64,000 nt of DNA. Origin: Alphaproteobacteria bacterium (GTDB lineage: Bacteria; Pseudomonadota; Alphaproteobacteria; Rs-D84; SZUA-605). Every line of letters begins with the position of its first letter. The first letter of the stretch is position 1. The stretch covers positions 288,001 through 352,000 of the forward strand of contig JAVBPW010000001.1 in assembly GCA_031549385.1 (NCBI GenBank), written 5' to 3'. Below the pieces are notes generated by a model. It saw nothing but the letters and a program-made list of their open reading frames with translations, was not told where the DNA came from and did not search any database. The position numbers and the translations under genes were made by a program. This document shows, piece after piece, positions 9,333 through 20,060 of this stretch.

Positions 9333-10358
9333 ATGCCTGAAGAAATAGTATTCCCAAATAAAATTAGAGTATTACGTCGCCAACAAAATAAAAAAATGCA
9401 AGATTTGGCTGATTTTGTAGGTTTGTCTTTGTCTGCGTTATCTAAAATTGAAAAAGGTTTTAGACGTCTTAATCATCAACAATCTGTTAAAGTAGCCGAT
9501 TTTTTAAATTGTGAAATTTCTGATTTATATTTGACAGAAAAAGATGCTGATTCAGCTATTACTCAAGTTTGGCAAGATGTTGTTGCTGACCGAATCAAAA
9601 AGAATCAAAACTCTGGATTGAAAATTTTAGCTGCAGGGCTTCGTTTTATTAGAATGGAAAAAAATCTTACTTTAAATCAATTGGCAGAAAAGGCTAAGAT
9701 TACTGTTTCTGTTTATCACCGAATCGAACATGGGGAAAGACCTATATATGAAAATGAACTTGTTGCTATTGCAAAAGTTTTGGGATTACCTCCTCATAAA
9801 TTAATTGAAGAAATTTATCACCTTTATAAGGGTGGAGTTCTTGAAAATTTCAAATTTAAAAATAAAAAAAGCAGAGAAAAACCTTCTGTGTCTGTTGATA
9901 AAAATAGCTTATTGCATTTATCTAAATCTCTTTATGGGGAAAAATTGTTTAAAAATTCTAAACAAAAATTATTACCTCTTTTGGGAACAGCTAAAAAAGA
10001 CGAAGGTGTTTATATAAGCAAGAAAAGTGATGATGTTGTTGAAGCTCCATTTTCTATTGTTAATGAAGAAGACTTTTTTGCGTTTTATGCTGATACAAAA
10101 TCTTTGAAAAATGTATTTCCTAAAGATGCTTTATTTTTTGCTCAAAAAGTAGATGCTTATGAAATTGGAGATATTATTTTACTTGCTGATAAATCTTTTG
10201 ATGATGCAGATGAAATGACTGCTAAATTAATGAATCTTAAAGAAGATTTAGATGGAAGTTCTTATCTTGTTTCTTGGAATTTAGATGATAAAATTCTTGT
10301 AAATAAAGATTTATTAAAGAAAATGAGAAAAGTTTGTTTCATCGATATGAAAAAATAG
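9333..10358 (+). CDS. Transcriptional regulator with two XRE HTH domains and S24-like C-terminal domain
   Basis: SD AAGGAG; IRVLRR..LADFVGLSLSALSKIEKG and LRFIR..LAEKAKITVSVYHRIEHG. Confidence 0.85.
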   Translation: MPEEIVFPNKIRVLRRQQNKKMQDLADFVGLSLSALSKIEKGFRRLNHQQSVKVADFLNCEISDLYLTEKDADSAITQVWQDVVADRIKKNQNSGLKILAAGLRFIRMEKNLTLNQLAEKAKITVSVYHRIEHGERPIYENELVAIAKVLGLPPHKLIEEIYHLYKGGVLENFKFKNKKSREKPSVSVDKNSLLHLSKSLYGEKLFKNSKQKLLPLLGTAKKDEGVYISKKSDDVVEAPFSIVNEEDFFAFYADTKSLKNVFPKDALFFAQKVDAYEIGDIILLADKSFDDADEMTAKLMNLKEDLDGSSYLVSWNLDDKILVNKDLLKKMRKVCFIDMKK

Positions 10359-10410
10359 TTTGCTTATTTTCTTTTTAAGACGCAAAATAATAGGAAATTA
10401 AGGAGAGCAT

Positions 10411-10854
10411 ATGAACAAAGAAATTGCTAAACAAAACAGTAAAGATAATCTTTGGCTTTTAAGACATTTTGTCGATTTGACAGCTTATATCGAAAAAAGC
10501 TTGAAAATTGTTTCTATGATTTGTGTGCTTAAAGATAATATGCCTTTGGAAAAATATGATAATATTGGTTTCTTGTTTGACCTTTTTGATTATCAGATTA
10601 ATATTGGGGAACGTATTCTTGCTACATATGATGATGCAACCGTTAAACAATTTTTACCTGGTGGAATTAATACAGTTAAAGCTGTTATCCAAAAATTAAA
10701 AGATAGAAAGATGAATGACTTTTTAAAGTTTAGTGACTCTTTTGATGATGTTAATGATTCAGGTGATCTTTCAAAAAGAGATTTACAAGATAGAATATTT
10801 AAAATGGCTAAGAAAGAAGATAAAGCTGCACCAAATAAAGAAAAGAAAAAATAA
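10411..10854 (+). CDS. Hypothetical protein
   Basis: 147 aa ORF with SD AAGGAG, co-oriented with neighbours. Confidence 0.75.
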   Translation: MNKEIAKQNSKDNLWLLRHFVDLTAYIEKSLKIVSMICVLKDNMPLEKYDNIGFLFDLFDYQINIGERILATYDDATVKQFLPGGINTVKAVIQKLKDRKMNDFLKFSDSFDDVNDSGDLSKRDLQDRIFKMAKKEDKAAPNKEKKK

Positions 10855-10865
10855 GGATTTTGTAT

Positions 10866-12134
10866 ATGAAAAAATATTTTATGGTTGTTCTTGTTCTTAT
10901 GTGTGCTTGTGATACTAATTACAAGAGAGATACTGTATACGAGCTTGATGTTAAAGAAGTTCCTTATGTTGGAGCTAATACTCGTCCTATGTATCCTAAG
11001 ATGCCATCAAGAACTTTGGAAAATGTTTCTAGATTCTCTTTGGATTTACCTTATAGATGTGATCCAAATTGGGAAGATCAAAAAATAGTTAAAACTGAAG
11101 CTTTTGATAAAGACCATTTTGATGTTGTGAATGTGTCTAAAGGTGATGACCTTCCATTGTTTATGGTTAAAAGTTTTAGTATAGATAATTTACCACTTGA
11201 TGAAGCATTAAAGAAACTTTTCAATAAAACAGATATTCAAATAAAAGGATATGATCCTATTTATCCTTATGTGTCTTTAAATGAAACTGATGGTATGATT
11301 GATGTTGTTTTAGATATGCTTTCTGAATTATCTCAAGTTTATTATACTTATGATAAAAAAACAAAAACTATTTATCTTTCAAGAGATTCTAAATTTGAAT
11401 TATCAGTGCCTTTATCAGAAGATGCTATACTTGCAGTGTTAGATGCTATGTATGGTATGGGAATCGATGGAATCGTTGTTGATTGGGAAGATAAAGTTCT
11501 TCGTTTTAAGGGAAATAAAAATACTGAAAAAACTGTAAAAAAATTAATCAAAGAAATGGGTGAAGAAAAAACTCTTATCGCTTATGATATTAATGTTTAC
11601 AGGGTTTATCCAAAAGGAAATGAAAGTTTAAAGTGGATGGATCTGTTGAAGGCATTTAAAGCTGGAACTGTTAAATCTGAGAATCCTGGAACTATTGGAA
11701 AATTACTTGTTGTTGAAAATAATTTGTCACCTCGTACTTTGAAAGAATTCGTGTTAGAACGTGCCGATATGCAACTTATTAGTACTGGATCTTTTATTGT
11801 TCCGAATCGTTGGCAGGGAAGATTTGATATTGGAAGCTGTGCAAGAAAAGCTAATTTAGAACAAAATATGTTCGTTATGGCACAGGCTAAATATGAACCT
11901 AATGTTTGGAAAAAAGATCATTTAGATTCTAAGTTTTATATGAAAGCAAAAGATGGCGATATTACATCATTTGATGTGTCTGCAAGACTTGGAGAAAATT
12001 ATTTGATTATTGGTATTCCTACACATTACTTTGTTGAAGAATATTCAACTCCTATTAATCCAAATACAGAACTTGTGATGTTTGTTAGCCCTAGAATTAT
12101 TAATATTGTAGATATGAGAAATGCAGATGAATAA
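10866..12134 (+). CDS. Secretin-like outer-membrane lipoprotein
   Basis: Lipobox MCAC; STN-like segment (NLPLDEALKKLF...LDMLSELSQVYYTYD); C-terminal TELVMFVSPRII resembles secretin ELxxFxTPRI. Confidence 0.55.
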   Translation: MKKYFMVVLVLMCACDTNYKRDTVYELDVKEVPYVGANTRPMYPKMPSRTLENVSRFSLDLPYRCDPNWEDQKIVKTEAFDKDHFDVVNVSKGDDLPLFMVKSFSIDNLPLDEALKKLFNKTDIQIKGYDPIYPYVSLNETDGMIDVVLDMLSELSQVYYTYDKKTKTIYLSRDSKFELSVPLSEDAILAVLDAMYGMGIDGIVVDWEDKVLRFKGNKNTEKTVKKLIKEMGEEKTLIAYDINVYRVYPKGNESLKWMDLLKAFKAGTVKSENPGTIGKLLVVENNLSPRTLKEFVLERADMQLISTGSFIVPNRWQGRFDIGSCARKANLEQNMFVMAQAKYEPNVWKKDHLDSKFYMKAKDGDITSFDVSARLGENYLIIGIPTHYFVEEYSTPINPNTELVMFVSPRIINIVDMRNADE

Positions 12135-13422
12135 AATATTGAGTACTATTAAAAAAGCGAAATTTCCTGTGACTTTTTATGAATGGATGTTGGCTAAGAG
12201 ATATCTTAAAGGTAGAGCAAAAGATAAATTCTTTTCAGTGATTACTTGGTTTTCATTACTTGGAATTGCTATTGGTGTTGCTGTGCTCATTATTGTTATG
12301 TCTGTTATGAATGGATTTAGAGCTGAAATGCTTTCTAATATTCTTGGAATTAATGGACATGTTATGGTTTATTCTGCAACTGGGCGTTCTTTTGATAATT
12401 ATGAACAAGTTATTAATACTATTAAATCAGACGATGTATTAAAAAAAGATGTTACTTTTGTGATGCCTCTTACTGAAGGACAAGTTATGTTTGCTCATGA
12501 AGGAAGAAGTAAAGGTGGTCTTGTTCGTGGAATTAAAGCAACTGACTTAAAACAATATACTTTGCTTGATAAAAATATTTATGGTGTAGATTTTGCTTCT
12601 ATTAAAGATAATGAAATTATTATTGGAGATAAATTAGCTTTCTCACTTGGTGTTAGAATCGGTGATGAAGTTACTATTACTTCTGCTAATGGAAATATTA
12701 CTGCTTTTGGTGTTGTGCCTCGTATTCGTTCTTATAGAGTTGCAGGAACATTTAGTGTTGGTATGTATCAATATGATTCATCATTCGTATTTATGAAGTT
12801 AGATGCATCACAATTATATTTAAATATGGAAGGGGCAGTTAGCCATGTTGAAATATTTACTAATAATCCTGATAATGCACGTGCTGTTAAAAATAGAGTT
12901 GCTAACATGCTTGGACCAGATTATAGAGTACTTGATTGGCAAGATCTTAATTCATCATTTTTTGGTGCTTTGAAAGTTGAACAAAATGTTATGTTCCTTA
13001 TTCTTACATTAATAATTTTAATTGCTGCATTTAATATTGTTAGTGGGCTTGTTATGCTTGTTAAAGATAAAGGCAAGGATATTGCTATACTTAGAACTGT
13101 TGGTATGAGCAAAAATTCTGTTATGAAAGTGTTTATGTGTGCTGGTTTTTATATTGGTCTTATGGGTACTTTTTTTGGAACTTTGTTTGGTCTTTTAATA
13201 TGCTATAATATTGGTGCTATTCAAAAGGCTATGAACTATATCACTGGGGTTGATTTATTTGCTGCTGAAGTTTACTTTTTATCCCAATTGCCGGCAGAAG
13301 TACATATTATTGAGGTAATTTGGATTGTTGTTATGGCACTTTCTATATCACTTATTGCGTCTTATTACCCTGCTAGACGTGCATCTAAATTAGATCCTGT
13401 GGAGGCACTTAGAAATGAATAG
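12121..13422 (+). CDS. lolC: Lipoprotein-releasing ABC transporter permease LolC/E
   Basis: SLLGIAIGVAVLIIVMSVMNGF, AAFNIVSGLVMLVKDK..DIAILRT, YPARRASKLDPVEALRNE; alternative start 12127. Confidence 0.93.
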   Translation: MQMNKILSTIKKAKFPVTFYEWMLAKRYLKGRAKDKFFSVITWFSLLGIAIGVAVLIIVMSVMNGFRAEMLSNILGINGHVMVYSATGRSFDNYEQVINTIKSDDVLKKDVTFVMPLTEGQVMFAHEGRSKGGLVRGIKATDLKQYTLLDKNIYGVDFASIKDNEIIIGDKLAFSLGVRIGDEVTITSANGNITAFGVVPRIRSYRVAGTFSVGMYQYDSSFVFMKLDASQLYLNMEGAVSHVEIFTNNPDNARAVKNRVANMLGPDYRVLDWQDLNSSFFGALKVEQNVMFLILTLIILIAAFNIVSGLVMLVKDKGKDIAILRTVGMSKNSVMKVFMCAGFYIGLMGTFFGTLFGLLICYNIGAIQKAMNYITGVDLFAAEVYFLSQLPAEVHIIEVIWIVVMALSISLIASYYPARRASKLDPVEALRNE

Positions 13423-14134
13423 TATTTTGAAAAATATTGAAGTCGAAAAACCAAGAAGTGATAAAGACGTTGTATTAGAACTTAAGAATGTTTCACATTG
13501 GTTCTATCAAGGTGGGGTGAAAATCGAAATCCTTAATAATGCTTCATTTCAAATTAAAAGAGGTGAATGTGTTGCGTTAGTTGGACCTTCTGGATGTGGT
13601 AAGTCTACATTACTTCACTTGGCTGGATTGTTAGAAAGACCAAAAGATGGTGATATTATTATTAATGGTAAAAAAGCACAAGATTTACATGATGATAAAA
13701 AGACTAATATTCGTTTAAGTAAAATCGGATTTGTTTATCAATCTCATAATTTACTTGGTGATTTTACTGCACTTGAAAACGTTATGATTCCTATGTATCT
13801 TGGTGGAAAGAATAAAGAAGAAGCAAAATTTTTAGCAACTACATTACTTAAAAAAATGGGATTGGAAAAAAGAATTACTCATATTCCTACTCAAATGTCT
13901 GGCGGGGAAGCTCAACGAGTTGCTATTGCTCGTGCAATTGCTAATGATCCTGAATTGTTGCTTGCTGATGAACCAACTGGAAATTTAGATCCTAAGACTT
14001 CTGATTTTGTGTATGATGAATTAATTAGATCTGTTAAAGAAAAAAAATTAACAGCGTTAATAGTTACTCATGATGTGAATTTGGCTAGAAAGATGGATAG
14101 GGTGTTGCGTCTCAAAAATGGTCAAATAATTTAG
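13415..14134 (+). CDS. lolD: Lipoprotein-releasing ABC transporter ATPase
   Basis: [35 protein letters not shown]; follows lolC/E. Confidence 0.92.
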   Translation: MNSILKNIEVEKPRSDKDVVLELKNVSHWFYQGGVKIEILNNASFQIKRGECVALVGPSGCGKSTLLHLAGLLERPKDGDIIINGKKAQDLHDDKKTNIRLSKIGFVYQSHNLLGDFTALENVMIPMYLGGKNKEEAKFLATTLLKKMGLEKRITHIPTQMSGGEAQRVAIARAIANDPELLLADEPTGNLDPKTSDFVYDELIRSVKEKKLTALIVTHDVNLARKMDRVLRLKNGQII

Positions 14135-14259
14135 GGACACATTGAAAATGGGCTGCAAATAACATTTTTGTAAAATTGCCCAACATCGACGTATGTTAAT
14201 ACGCCTTCGTCGTTCAATTTTACAAGAAATATCATTGTTCGCCTCATTTTGAATGTGCC
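14135..14259 (+). repeat. ERIC/RPE-like imperfect palindromic element, copy C (full length)
   Basis: Terminal IR ggacacattgaaaatgggc/gcctcattttgaatgtgcc; homologous to 1-100; starts right after lolD TAG. Confidence 0.88.
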
Positions 14260-14298
14260 ATTGATATTAAAAAAAATTTCTTATTAAAAATTAAAATT

Positions 14299-14679
14299 AT
14301 GATTATATATACAGGTTATTTTGAAAAGCTCTTAAAATATCTTGGGGATGATTTGTTTCCTATTTCAGTTTGTGGTAAAGCTCCTGATGATTATCATGGA
14401 GTACAATATAAAAGGCTAGCTCCTAAAAAATGGTTTTTTGATAAATATGCAAGAGGTGAGTTTTCTGAAGAAGATTATACCAAATTTTACAAAAAAGAAG
14501 TATTGGAACCTCTTAATATTCAGGAAGTATATGCTAGATTAATGCAGCTTTCTGGAGGAGTAAATGTTGTATTGCTTTGTTATGAACAATATGGATATGA
14601 CTTTTGTCATAGGCATTTGGTCAGTAAGTGGTTTAGAGAATATGGGTTTAAATCTCAAGAATTCTTAGCTTATTTTTAA
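14299..14679 (+). CDS. DUF488 family protein
   Basis: IYTGYF, KRLAP, VLLCYE, FCHRHLV motifs. Confidence 0.8.
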   Translation: MIIYTGYFEKLLKYLGDDLFPISVCGKAPDDYHGVQYKRLAPKKWFFDKYARGEFSEEDYTKFYKKEVLEPLNIQEVYARLMQLSGGVNVVLLCYEQYGYDFCHRHLVSKWFREYGFKSQEFLAYF

Positions 14680-14705
14680 AAGGGGAGGTTTTCTCCTCTT
14701 TTTTT
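14678..14705 (+). terminator. Intrinsic terminator
   Basis: aaaaggggag-gtttt-ctcctcttttttt. Confidence 0.75.
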
Positions 14706-14713
14706 AATGGGTA

Positions 14714-14741
14714 TTGACTTATTTTATATTGAGATTAAGAT
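14714..14741 (+). promoter_or_regulatory. Sigma70-type promoter candidate
   Basis: TTGACT-16-TAAGAT upstream of 14782 gene. Confidence 0.45.
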
Positions 14742-14781
14742 GTAAGGGCTTAATTAAAATAATCAAACTTAAATAATACAT

Positions 14782-15306
14782 ATGAATAAATTTTTATTTC
14801 TTCGCCTTTATGGGCGATACATTTTGAAGGGCTTGCTTTATGTGGCTTTGTTCGTTGTTTTCCTTATAGTTTTTAAGTATTTTGATGCTAAAAGGGAAAC
14901 TGGTTTTCTTGTTGTTGCATCCGTAATTGGAATGATTTGGGTGTTTATTGAATTAATCCAATGGGGAATTAGACCTCCTAAAGAAGTTGAAACATTAACA
15001 TTCAAGATTAATCCTTTATACAAGAAGCTGCTTTTAGCATTTATTGTTGTTTCTGTTGCTATGTTCTCTTTTGAATTATGGGGCATGCTAATTGTGAAAC
15101 CTTTAAATGATGGTGGTGGCTTTTTACCGAGAGTATTAATTGGCTTTTTTGGACAGGTAGCACTTATTGTGTTATTTGTTATAGTTTTGAAAAGAGTTGT
15201 ACTTACAATTCATATAGAAAAAGAGCGTCATCAAAACATCTTTTTTTATGGTTTTTGTGCAATACTATGTTTTGTAGTTATTATGGATTATTTTTTAAAA
15301 CCATGA
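14782..15306 (+). CDS. Hypothetical membrane protein (~5 TM)
   Basis: Alternating hydrophobic helices; C-terminal part paralogous to next gene. Confidence 0.75.
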   Translation: MNKFLFLRLYGRYILKGLLYVALFVVFLIVFKYFDAKRETGFLVVASVIGMIWVFIELIQWGIRPPKEVETLTFKINPLYKKLLLAFIVVSVAMFSFELWGMLIVKPLNDGGGFLPRVLIGFFGQVALIVLFVIVLKRVVLTIHIEKERHQNIFFYGFCAILCFVVIMDYFLKP

Positions 15307-15626
15307 GAGCAATATTATTTGAAAATCCATTCAGAAAGAAAATGTTTTTAACCGGACTTGTTGTTTTTGGAAGTTATACTTTTTTCGAGATATGGAATAG
15401 GGTTGTCGTTGCATGGCTTGATGAGCATTATACATTAGTAGCACGTATTGGAATTGGTTTTACTGGCCAATTGTTAGGAATACTTTTGTTTGCTTTACTT
15501 TTGAAAAGAGTAACTTCTATAAAATTAGAACATGTAGAAGATCGAGTGAATTATGTATGGGGATTTATCACTGTTGTAATTCTTGTTATAGTCTTAGCTT
15601 TAGGTTTAAAACCTCTTTTATGGTAA
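15303..15626 (+). CDS. Hypothetical membrane protein (3 TM), paralogue of upstream gene's C-terminal part
   Basis: ATGA overlap with upstream stop; shared NP..KK, FE.W, R..IGF.GQ, LF...LKRV, GF, LKP. Confidence 0.75.
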   Translation: MRAILFENPFRKKMFLTGLVVFGSYTFFEIWNRVVVAWLDEHYTLVARIGIGFTGQLLGILLFALLLKRVTSIKLEHVEDRVNYVWGFITVVILVIVLALGLKPLLW

Positions 15627-15631
15627 CGTTA

Positions 15632-15724
15632 ATGTTTAAAGTTATGGTAACAATAGCATGTGCTAGTCTGATTTATTGGCTGGTAAAGCTTTTTAAAAAA
15701 GAAGATAAAAAAAATAAGAGGTGA
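15632..15724 (+). CDS. Possible 30-aa single-TM peptide
   Basis: MFKVMVTIACASLIYWLVKLFKKEDKKNKR fills the gap before the terminator; no clear SD. Confidence 0.3.
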   Translation: MFKVMVTIACASLIYWLVKLFKKEDKKNKR

Positions 15725-15741
15725 TTTTTCACCTCTTTTTT
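15716..15741. terminator. Bidirectional intrinsic terminator
   Basis: aagaggtga-tttt-tcacctcttttt between convergent genes. Confidence 0.75.
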
Positions 15742-18559
15742 ATTTCAATAATTTCTTTAAGAATTTTCCTGTTGCAGAATTTGGGCTGTTTGCTATATCC
15801 AATGGTGTCCCTTCGGCTATTATTTGTCCGCCTTTGTCACCACCTTCTGGACCTAGGTCTATTACATAATCTGCTGTTTTAATTACATCTAAATTATGTT
15901 CAATAATTATCATTGAATTTCCTGCATCAACTAATCTGTGTAATACTTCTAATAATTTTTTTACATCATAAAAATGAAGCCCTGTTGTTGGTTCATCCAA
16001 TACATATAATGTTTTTCCTGTTGATCTTTTTGATAACTCTTTTGATAGTTTCACACGTTGTGCTTCACCACCTGATAGTGTTGTTGCACTTTGGCCTAGT
16101 TTTATATAACCTAATCCAACTTCTTGTAAGTACTTTAATTTTGGTGCAATTGATGGAATGTTTTCAAAGAAAATACATGCTTCGTCAATTGACATATCCA
16201 GTACATCTGCAATTGATTTGTCTTTGTATTTTACTTCCAATGTTTCTCTGTTATATCTTTTACCTTTACACTTATCACATTCTACATATACATCTGGGAG
16301 GAAGTGCATTTCTATTTTTAACACTCCATCACCTTGGCAATGTTCACAACGTCCACCTTTTACATTGAATGAAAAACGTCCTGAAGTGTAGCCTCTTGCT
16401 TTTGCTTCTGGGAGTCCTGAAAACCATTCTCTGATTGGTGTGAATATTCCTGTATATGTAGCTGGATTTGAACGTGGTGTTCTGCCAATTGGAGATTGAT
16501 CAATTTCTATTAATTTATCAATATTTTCTAATCCTTCAATTGATTTGTATTTTCCTGTTTCAACAAATCCATCTGAGAAATTCTTTTCAATTGCTTTGCA
16601 TAATGTTTCTAATACCAATGTTGACTTACCTGAACCTGATACACCTGTTACACATGTTAGTGTGTTTAATGGAATTGATACGTCTATTGTTTTTAAGTTG
16701 TTTTGACTTGCTCCGAATAGAGATAAAAATTTACCATTTCCTTGGCGTAATTTTTTAGGAACTGGGATTGTTAATTTTCCTGATAAGAATTGACCTGTTA
16801 GCGAATCAGGATTCTTTTTAATTTCATTTACTGTACCTTGAGCGACTATTTGTCCACCATGAATACCGGCAAATGGTCCCATATCTATTACATAATCAGA
16901 TGCATTCATTGTATCTTCGTCGTGTTCTACTACTATTACAGTATTATCTTTTTTCTTCAATGTTTGAAGTGTGTTTATTAACTTATCATTGTCTTGTTGG
17001 TGCAAACCAATTGATGGTTCGTCCAATACATATATTATTCCTGTTAGACCTGATCCGATTTGAGAAGCTAATCTTATTCTTTGAGATTCACCACCTGATA
17101 AAGAACCAGCTAAACGTGATAATGTTAAATATCCGATACCAACATTTTTTAAGAAACCTAAACGTTCTATTATCTCTTTTAAAATCTTTTCTGCGATTTT
17201 ATTTTGTTGTGGGGTTAAGTGTTTATGTAAGTTTTCAAATATGTTTAAAGCATCACCAATTTGATACTGATTCGCTGTTATAATATCCATGCCATTTATT
17301 TTTACACATAATGCTTTTTCATTTAGTCTGTTTCCATGACATACTGGACATTCTACTTCTCTTTGATATTGAGAAATTTCATGTAATCGGAATTGAGATT
17401 CTGTTTCTTTAAATAATCTGTCTAAATTTCCTACTACCCCTTCGTATGGTTTGTGTGTTACCCAGCCGTTCCAATCTATTGTAATTTCTTGCTCACCATT
17501 TCCAAAAAGAATTATTGTTTGATGTTCTTTTGATAAATTACGCCATGGTGTGTTTAATGGTATCTTATAGGCTTTTGATAAAGCTGTTAAAACGTGTTCG
17601 TATTGTGTTATCATTCCATTTCTTGACCATGGGGCTATTGCTCCGTTTCTTATTGATAGAGTTCTGTCTGGAATGATTAAGTCTTCTGAAAATTCATATT
17701 TAATTCCTAAACCTGAACAGTGTGGGCAAGCACCTATTGGAGCATTAAATGAGAATAATCTTGGTTCTACTTCTTCTAATGTAAAACCTGATACAGGACA
17801 TGCAAATTTGTTGGAAAATAAAATTCCTTCTTGGGTATCTAAATTTTTTACGTATGCTATTCCACCACTTATCTTTATTGCTGTTTCAAAAGAATCGGCA
17901 AGACGTTTTTCAATTTCTGGTTTCATTATTATACGATCTACTACTATATAAATATCGTGTTTCTTATTTTTATCTAAACTTGGGAATTCATCAATTTCAT
18001 AAGTTGTTCCGTCTACTTCTAATCTTACGAATCCTTGTCTTTTTAATTCAGCAACTTCTTTTTTAAATTCACCTTTTTTTTGACGAGCAAGTGGAGACAT
18101 TATTAATATCTTTGAATCTTGCTTTTCTTTCATTGTGCGATCTACCATATCTGATACTGATTGCATTGCAATTGGAAGACCTGTTACTGGTGAATGTGGA
18201 ACTCCAATTCGTGCCCACAATAATCTTAAATAATCATAAATTTCTGTTATTGTTCCTACAGTTGATCTTGGATTTCTTGAGGTTGTTTTTTGCTCAATTG
18301 AAATTGCTGGAGATAGACCTTCAATGAAGTCTACATCTGGTTTGTCTTGTAAATCCAAAAATTGACGAGCATATGATGATAATGATTCTACATATCTTCT
18401 TTGGCCTTCGGCATAAATTGTGTCGAAAGCTAAGGTAGATTTACCGGAACCTGATACTCCAGTTATTACTGTTAGAGAATTTTTTGGAATTTCTACAGAA
18501 ATATTCTTTAAGTTGTGTTCGCGGGCGCCTTTTATGGAGATTGTTTTATTATTGCTCAT
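15740..18559 (-). CDS. uvrA: Excinuclease ABC subunit A
   Basis: [18 protein letters not shown] (twice), [11 protein letters not shown], zinc fingers, LSGGE. Confidence 0.98.
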   Translation of the reverse strand: MSNNKTISIKGAREHNLKNISVEIPKNSLTVITGVSGSGKSTLAFDTIYAEGQRRYVESLSSYARQFLDLQDKPDVDFIEGLSPAISIEQKTTSRNPRSTVGTITEIYDYLRLLWARIGVPHSPVTGLPIAMQSVSDMVDRTMKEKQDSKILIMSPLARQKKGEFKKEVAELKRQGFVRLEVDGTTYEIDEFPSLDKNKKHDIYIVVDRIIMKPEIEKRLADSFETAIKISGGIAYVKNLDTQEGILFSNKFACPVSGFTLEEVEPRLFSFNAPIGACPHCSGLGIKYEFSEDLIIPDRTLSIRNGAIAPWSRNGMITQYEHVLTALSKAYKIPLNTPWRNLSKEHQTIILFGNGEQEITIDWNGWVTHKPYEGVVGNLDRLFKETESQFRLHEISQYQREVECPVCHGNRLNEKALCVKINGMDIITANQYQIGDALNIFENLHKHLTPQQNKIAEKILKEIIERLGFLKNVGIGYLTLSRLAGSLSGGESQRIRLASQIGSGLTGIIYVLDEPSIGLHQQDNDKLINTLQTLKKKDNTVIVVEHDEDTMNASDYVIDMGPFAGIHGGQIVAQGTVNEIKKNPDSLTGQFLSGKLTIPVPKKLRQGNGKFLSLFGASQNNLKTIDVSIPLNTLTCVTGVSGSGKSTLVLETLCKAIEKNFSDGFVETGKYKSIEGLENIDKLIEIDQSPIGRTPRSNPATYTGIFTPIREWFSGLPEAKARGYTSGRFSFNVKGGRCEHCQGDGVLKIEMHFLPDVYVECDKCKGKRYNRETLEVKYKDKSIADVLDMSIDEACIFFENIPSIAPKLKYLQEVGLGYIKLGQSATTLSGGEAQRVKLSKELSKRSTGKTLYVLDEPTTGLHFYDVKKLLEVLHRLVDAGNSMIIIEHNLDVIKTADYVIDLGPEGGDKGGQIIAEGTPLDIANSPNSATGKFLKKLLK

Positions 18560-18631
18560 TCTTGTAAAGATAGTGGATTTTTTTAATAATTCAAGCTATA
18601 ATTAACTCCATATATATAAGGAGAATACATT

Positions 18632-19405
18632 ATGAGCAAAGTTATTACTATGATACCAGTTAGATTGGCAGCTACTAGATTGCCTAATAAACCACTTTTA
18701 GATATTAATGGGAAGACTTTGGTTCAGAGGGTATATGAAAATGTTAAAAAGACTATTAAGGGTGATATTTGTATTGCTGCTGGAAATCAAGAAATTATGG
18801 AAGAAGCTAAAAAATTTGGAGCTATGGCTCTTTTGACTGATCCTAATTTACCTTCTGGTACTGATCGAATTGCAGCAGCGCTTAAACAAATTGATCCTAA
18901 AGGTGATAAATATGACATAGTTGTTAACTTCCAAGGGGACGCTGTTAATGTTGATCCTGATATCAATAATAAGCTTATTAAAATTATTGAAGACACTGGT
19001 TGTGATATGGCTACTTGTGGAATGGTTTTTAAATCTTTGGAAGATGCTGAAAGTCCTAATAATGTTAAGATTGTTTTGGGGTTAAAAAATGGACAAAAAG
19101 CCGGTAGAGCGCTTTATTTTACTCGTGCTTTAGCTCCTTATATCAGAAACCCTGAAAAGGTAGAAAATAAAGATTATTATCACCATATTGGAATTTATGT
19201 TTTTAAGGCTGATGCTATTAGAAAATTTTCTTCTATGGAACAAGGAGTTCTTGAAAAAAGAGAATCACTTGAACAACTTAGATTTTTGGAAAATGGATAT
19301 GCTATCCAAGCATTGATTGTAGATAAATTAAAATTACAAGATGATGCACCAGCTGATATTGATACTGAAGAAGATTTGGAGTTGGCTAGAAAAACTATAA
19401 AGTAA
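18632..19405 (+). CDS. kdsB: 3-deoxy-manno-octulosonate cytidylyltransferase
   Basis: IPVRLAATRLPNKPL, SGTDRI, VNFQGD, HIGIY, ESLEQLRFLENG. Confidence 0.95.
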   Translation: MSKVITMIPVRLAATRLPNKPLLDINGKTLVQRVYENVKKTIKGDICIAAGNQEIMEEAKKFGAMALLTDPNLPSGTDRIAAALKQIDPKGDKYDIVVNFQGDAVNVDPDINNKLIKIIEDTGCDMATCGMVFKSLEDAESPNNVKIVLGLKNGQKAGRALYFTRALAPYIRNPEKVENKDYYHHIGIYVFKADAIRKFSSMEQGVLEKRESLEQLRFLENGYAIQALIVDKLKLQDDAPADIDTEEDLELARKTIK

Positions 19406-19429
19406 TAATTAAGTATAGGAGGGATACTT

Positions 19430-20053
19430 ATGCATCACGATTTGGGAGTTAATAAATTCTTTTTTAGAATTTTACCTTATATAATTTCACTTATTTTAGG
19501 GTTTGCTATATTTGTTGTTATAGATGTGTTTGTATTAGGAACAACAATTGAAGCTATGCTTGTTGAAGTTGGTGGAGCTTTAGTTGGTGTGCCTGTGGTT
19601 TTTATTTGCTATGAAGCTGTATCTGAAATTAGTAGCTATAGATTAAAAGATATCATGTTTAAATATGCGCGAATCAATATAGACCAACCAGCAAAAGACT
19701 TAGCTGCTTTGTTTGTGAAGAAATTTAAGTTGAAAGAATTTGATCCAGATTTTTTTGATAATGAAAGAAAACGAATCGAAAGAGGACTTACTAATTATAA
19801 AGGTTTAGATGTTGATGAGTTACAACGAATCTATGATGATTTCTTTAAAGTGCTTCGTAATGAAAATGTTTATGAAGTGATTGATCATGATCAACTTCAT
19901 AATATATTTAGATTGAATAATAATTTGTCTTACTTGATTTATGAATTGAAAAGAAAAAAAGATAAAAAAATGATTTTACAAAAAATCTATAAAATTGTTG
20001 CATGTTTAGATAACTGGTTCGATTATTCTCGTCAAACATTTCTTTATAAGTAG
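19430..20053 (+). CDS. Hypothetical 2-TM protein, tandem paralogue 1
   Basis: SD AGGAGG; full-length similarity to next ORF. Confidence 0.8.
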   Translation: MHHDLGVNKFFFRILPYIISLILGFAIFVVIDVFVLGTTIEAMLVEVGGALVGVPVVFICYEAVSEISSYRLKDIMFKYARINIDQPAKDLAALFVKKFKLKEFDPDFFDNERKRIERGLTNYKGLDVDELQRIYDDFFKVLRNENVYEVIDHDQLHNIFRLNNNLSYLIYELKRKKDKKMILQKIYKIVACLDNWFDYSRQTFLYK

Positions 20054-20060
20054 GTGAAAA

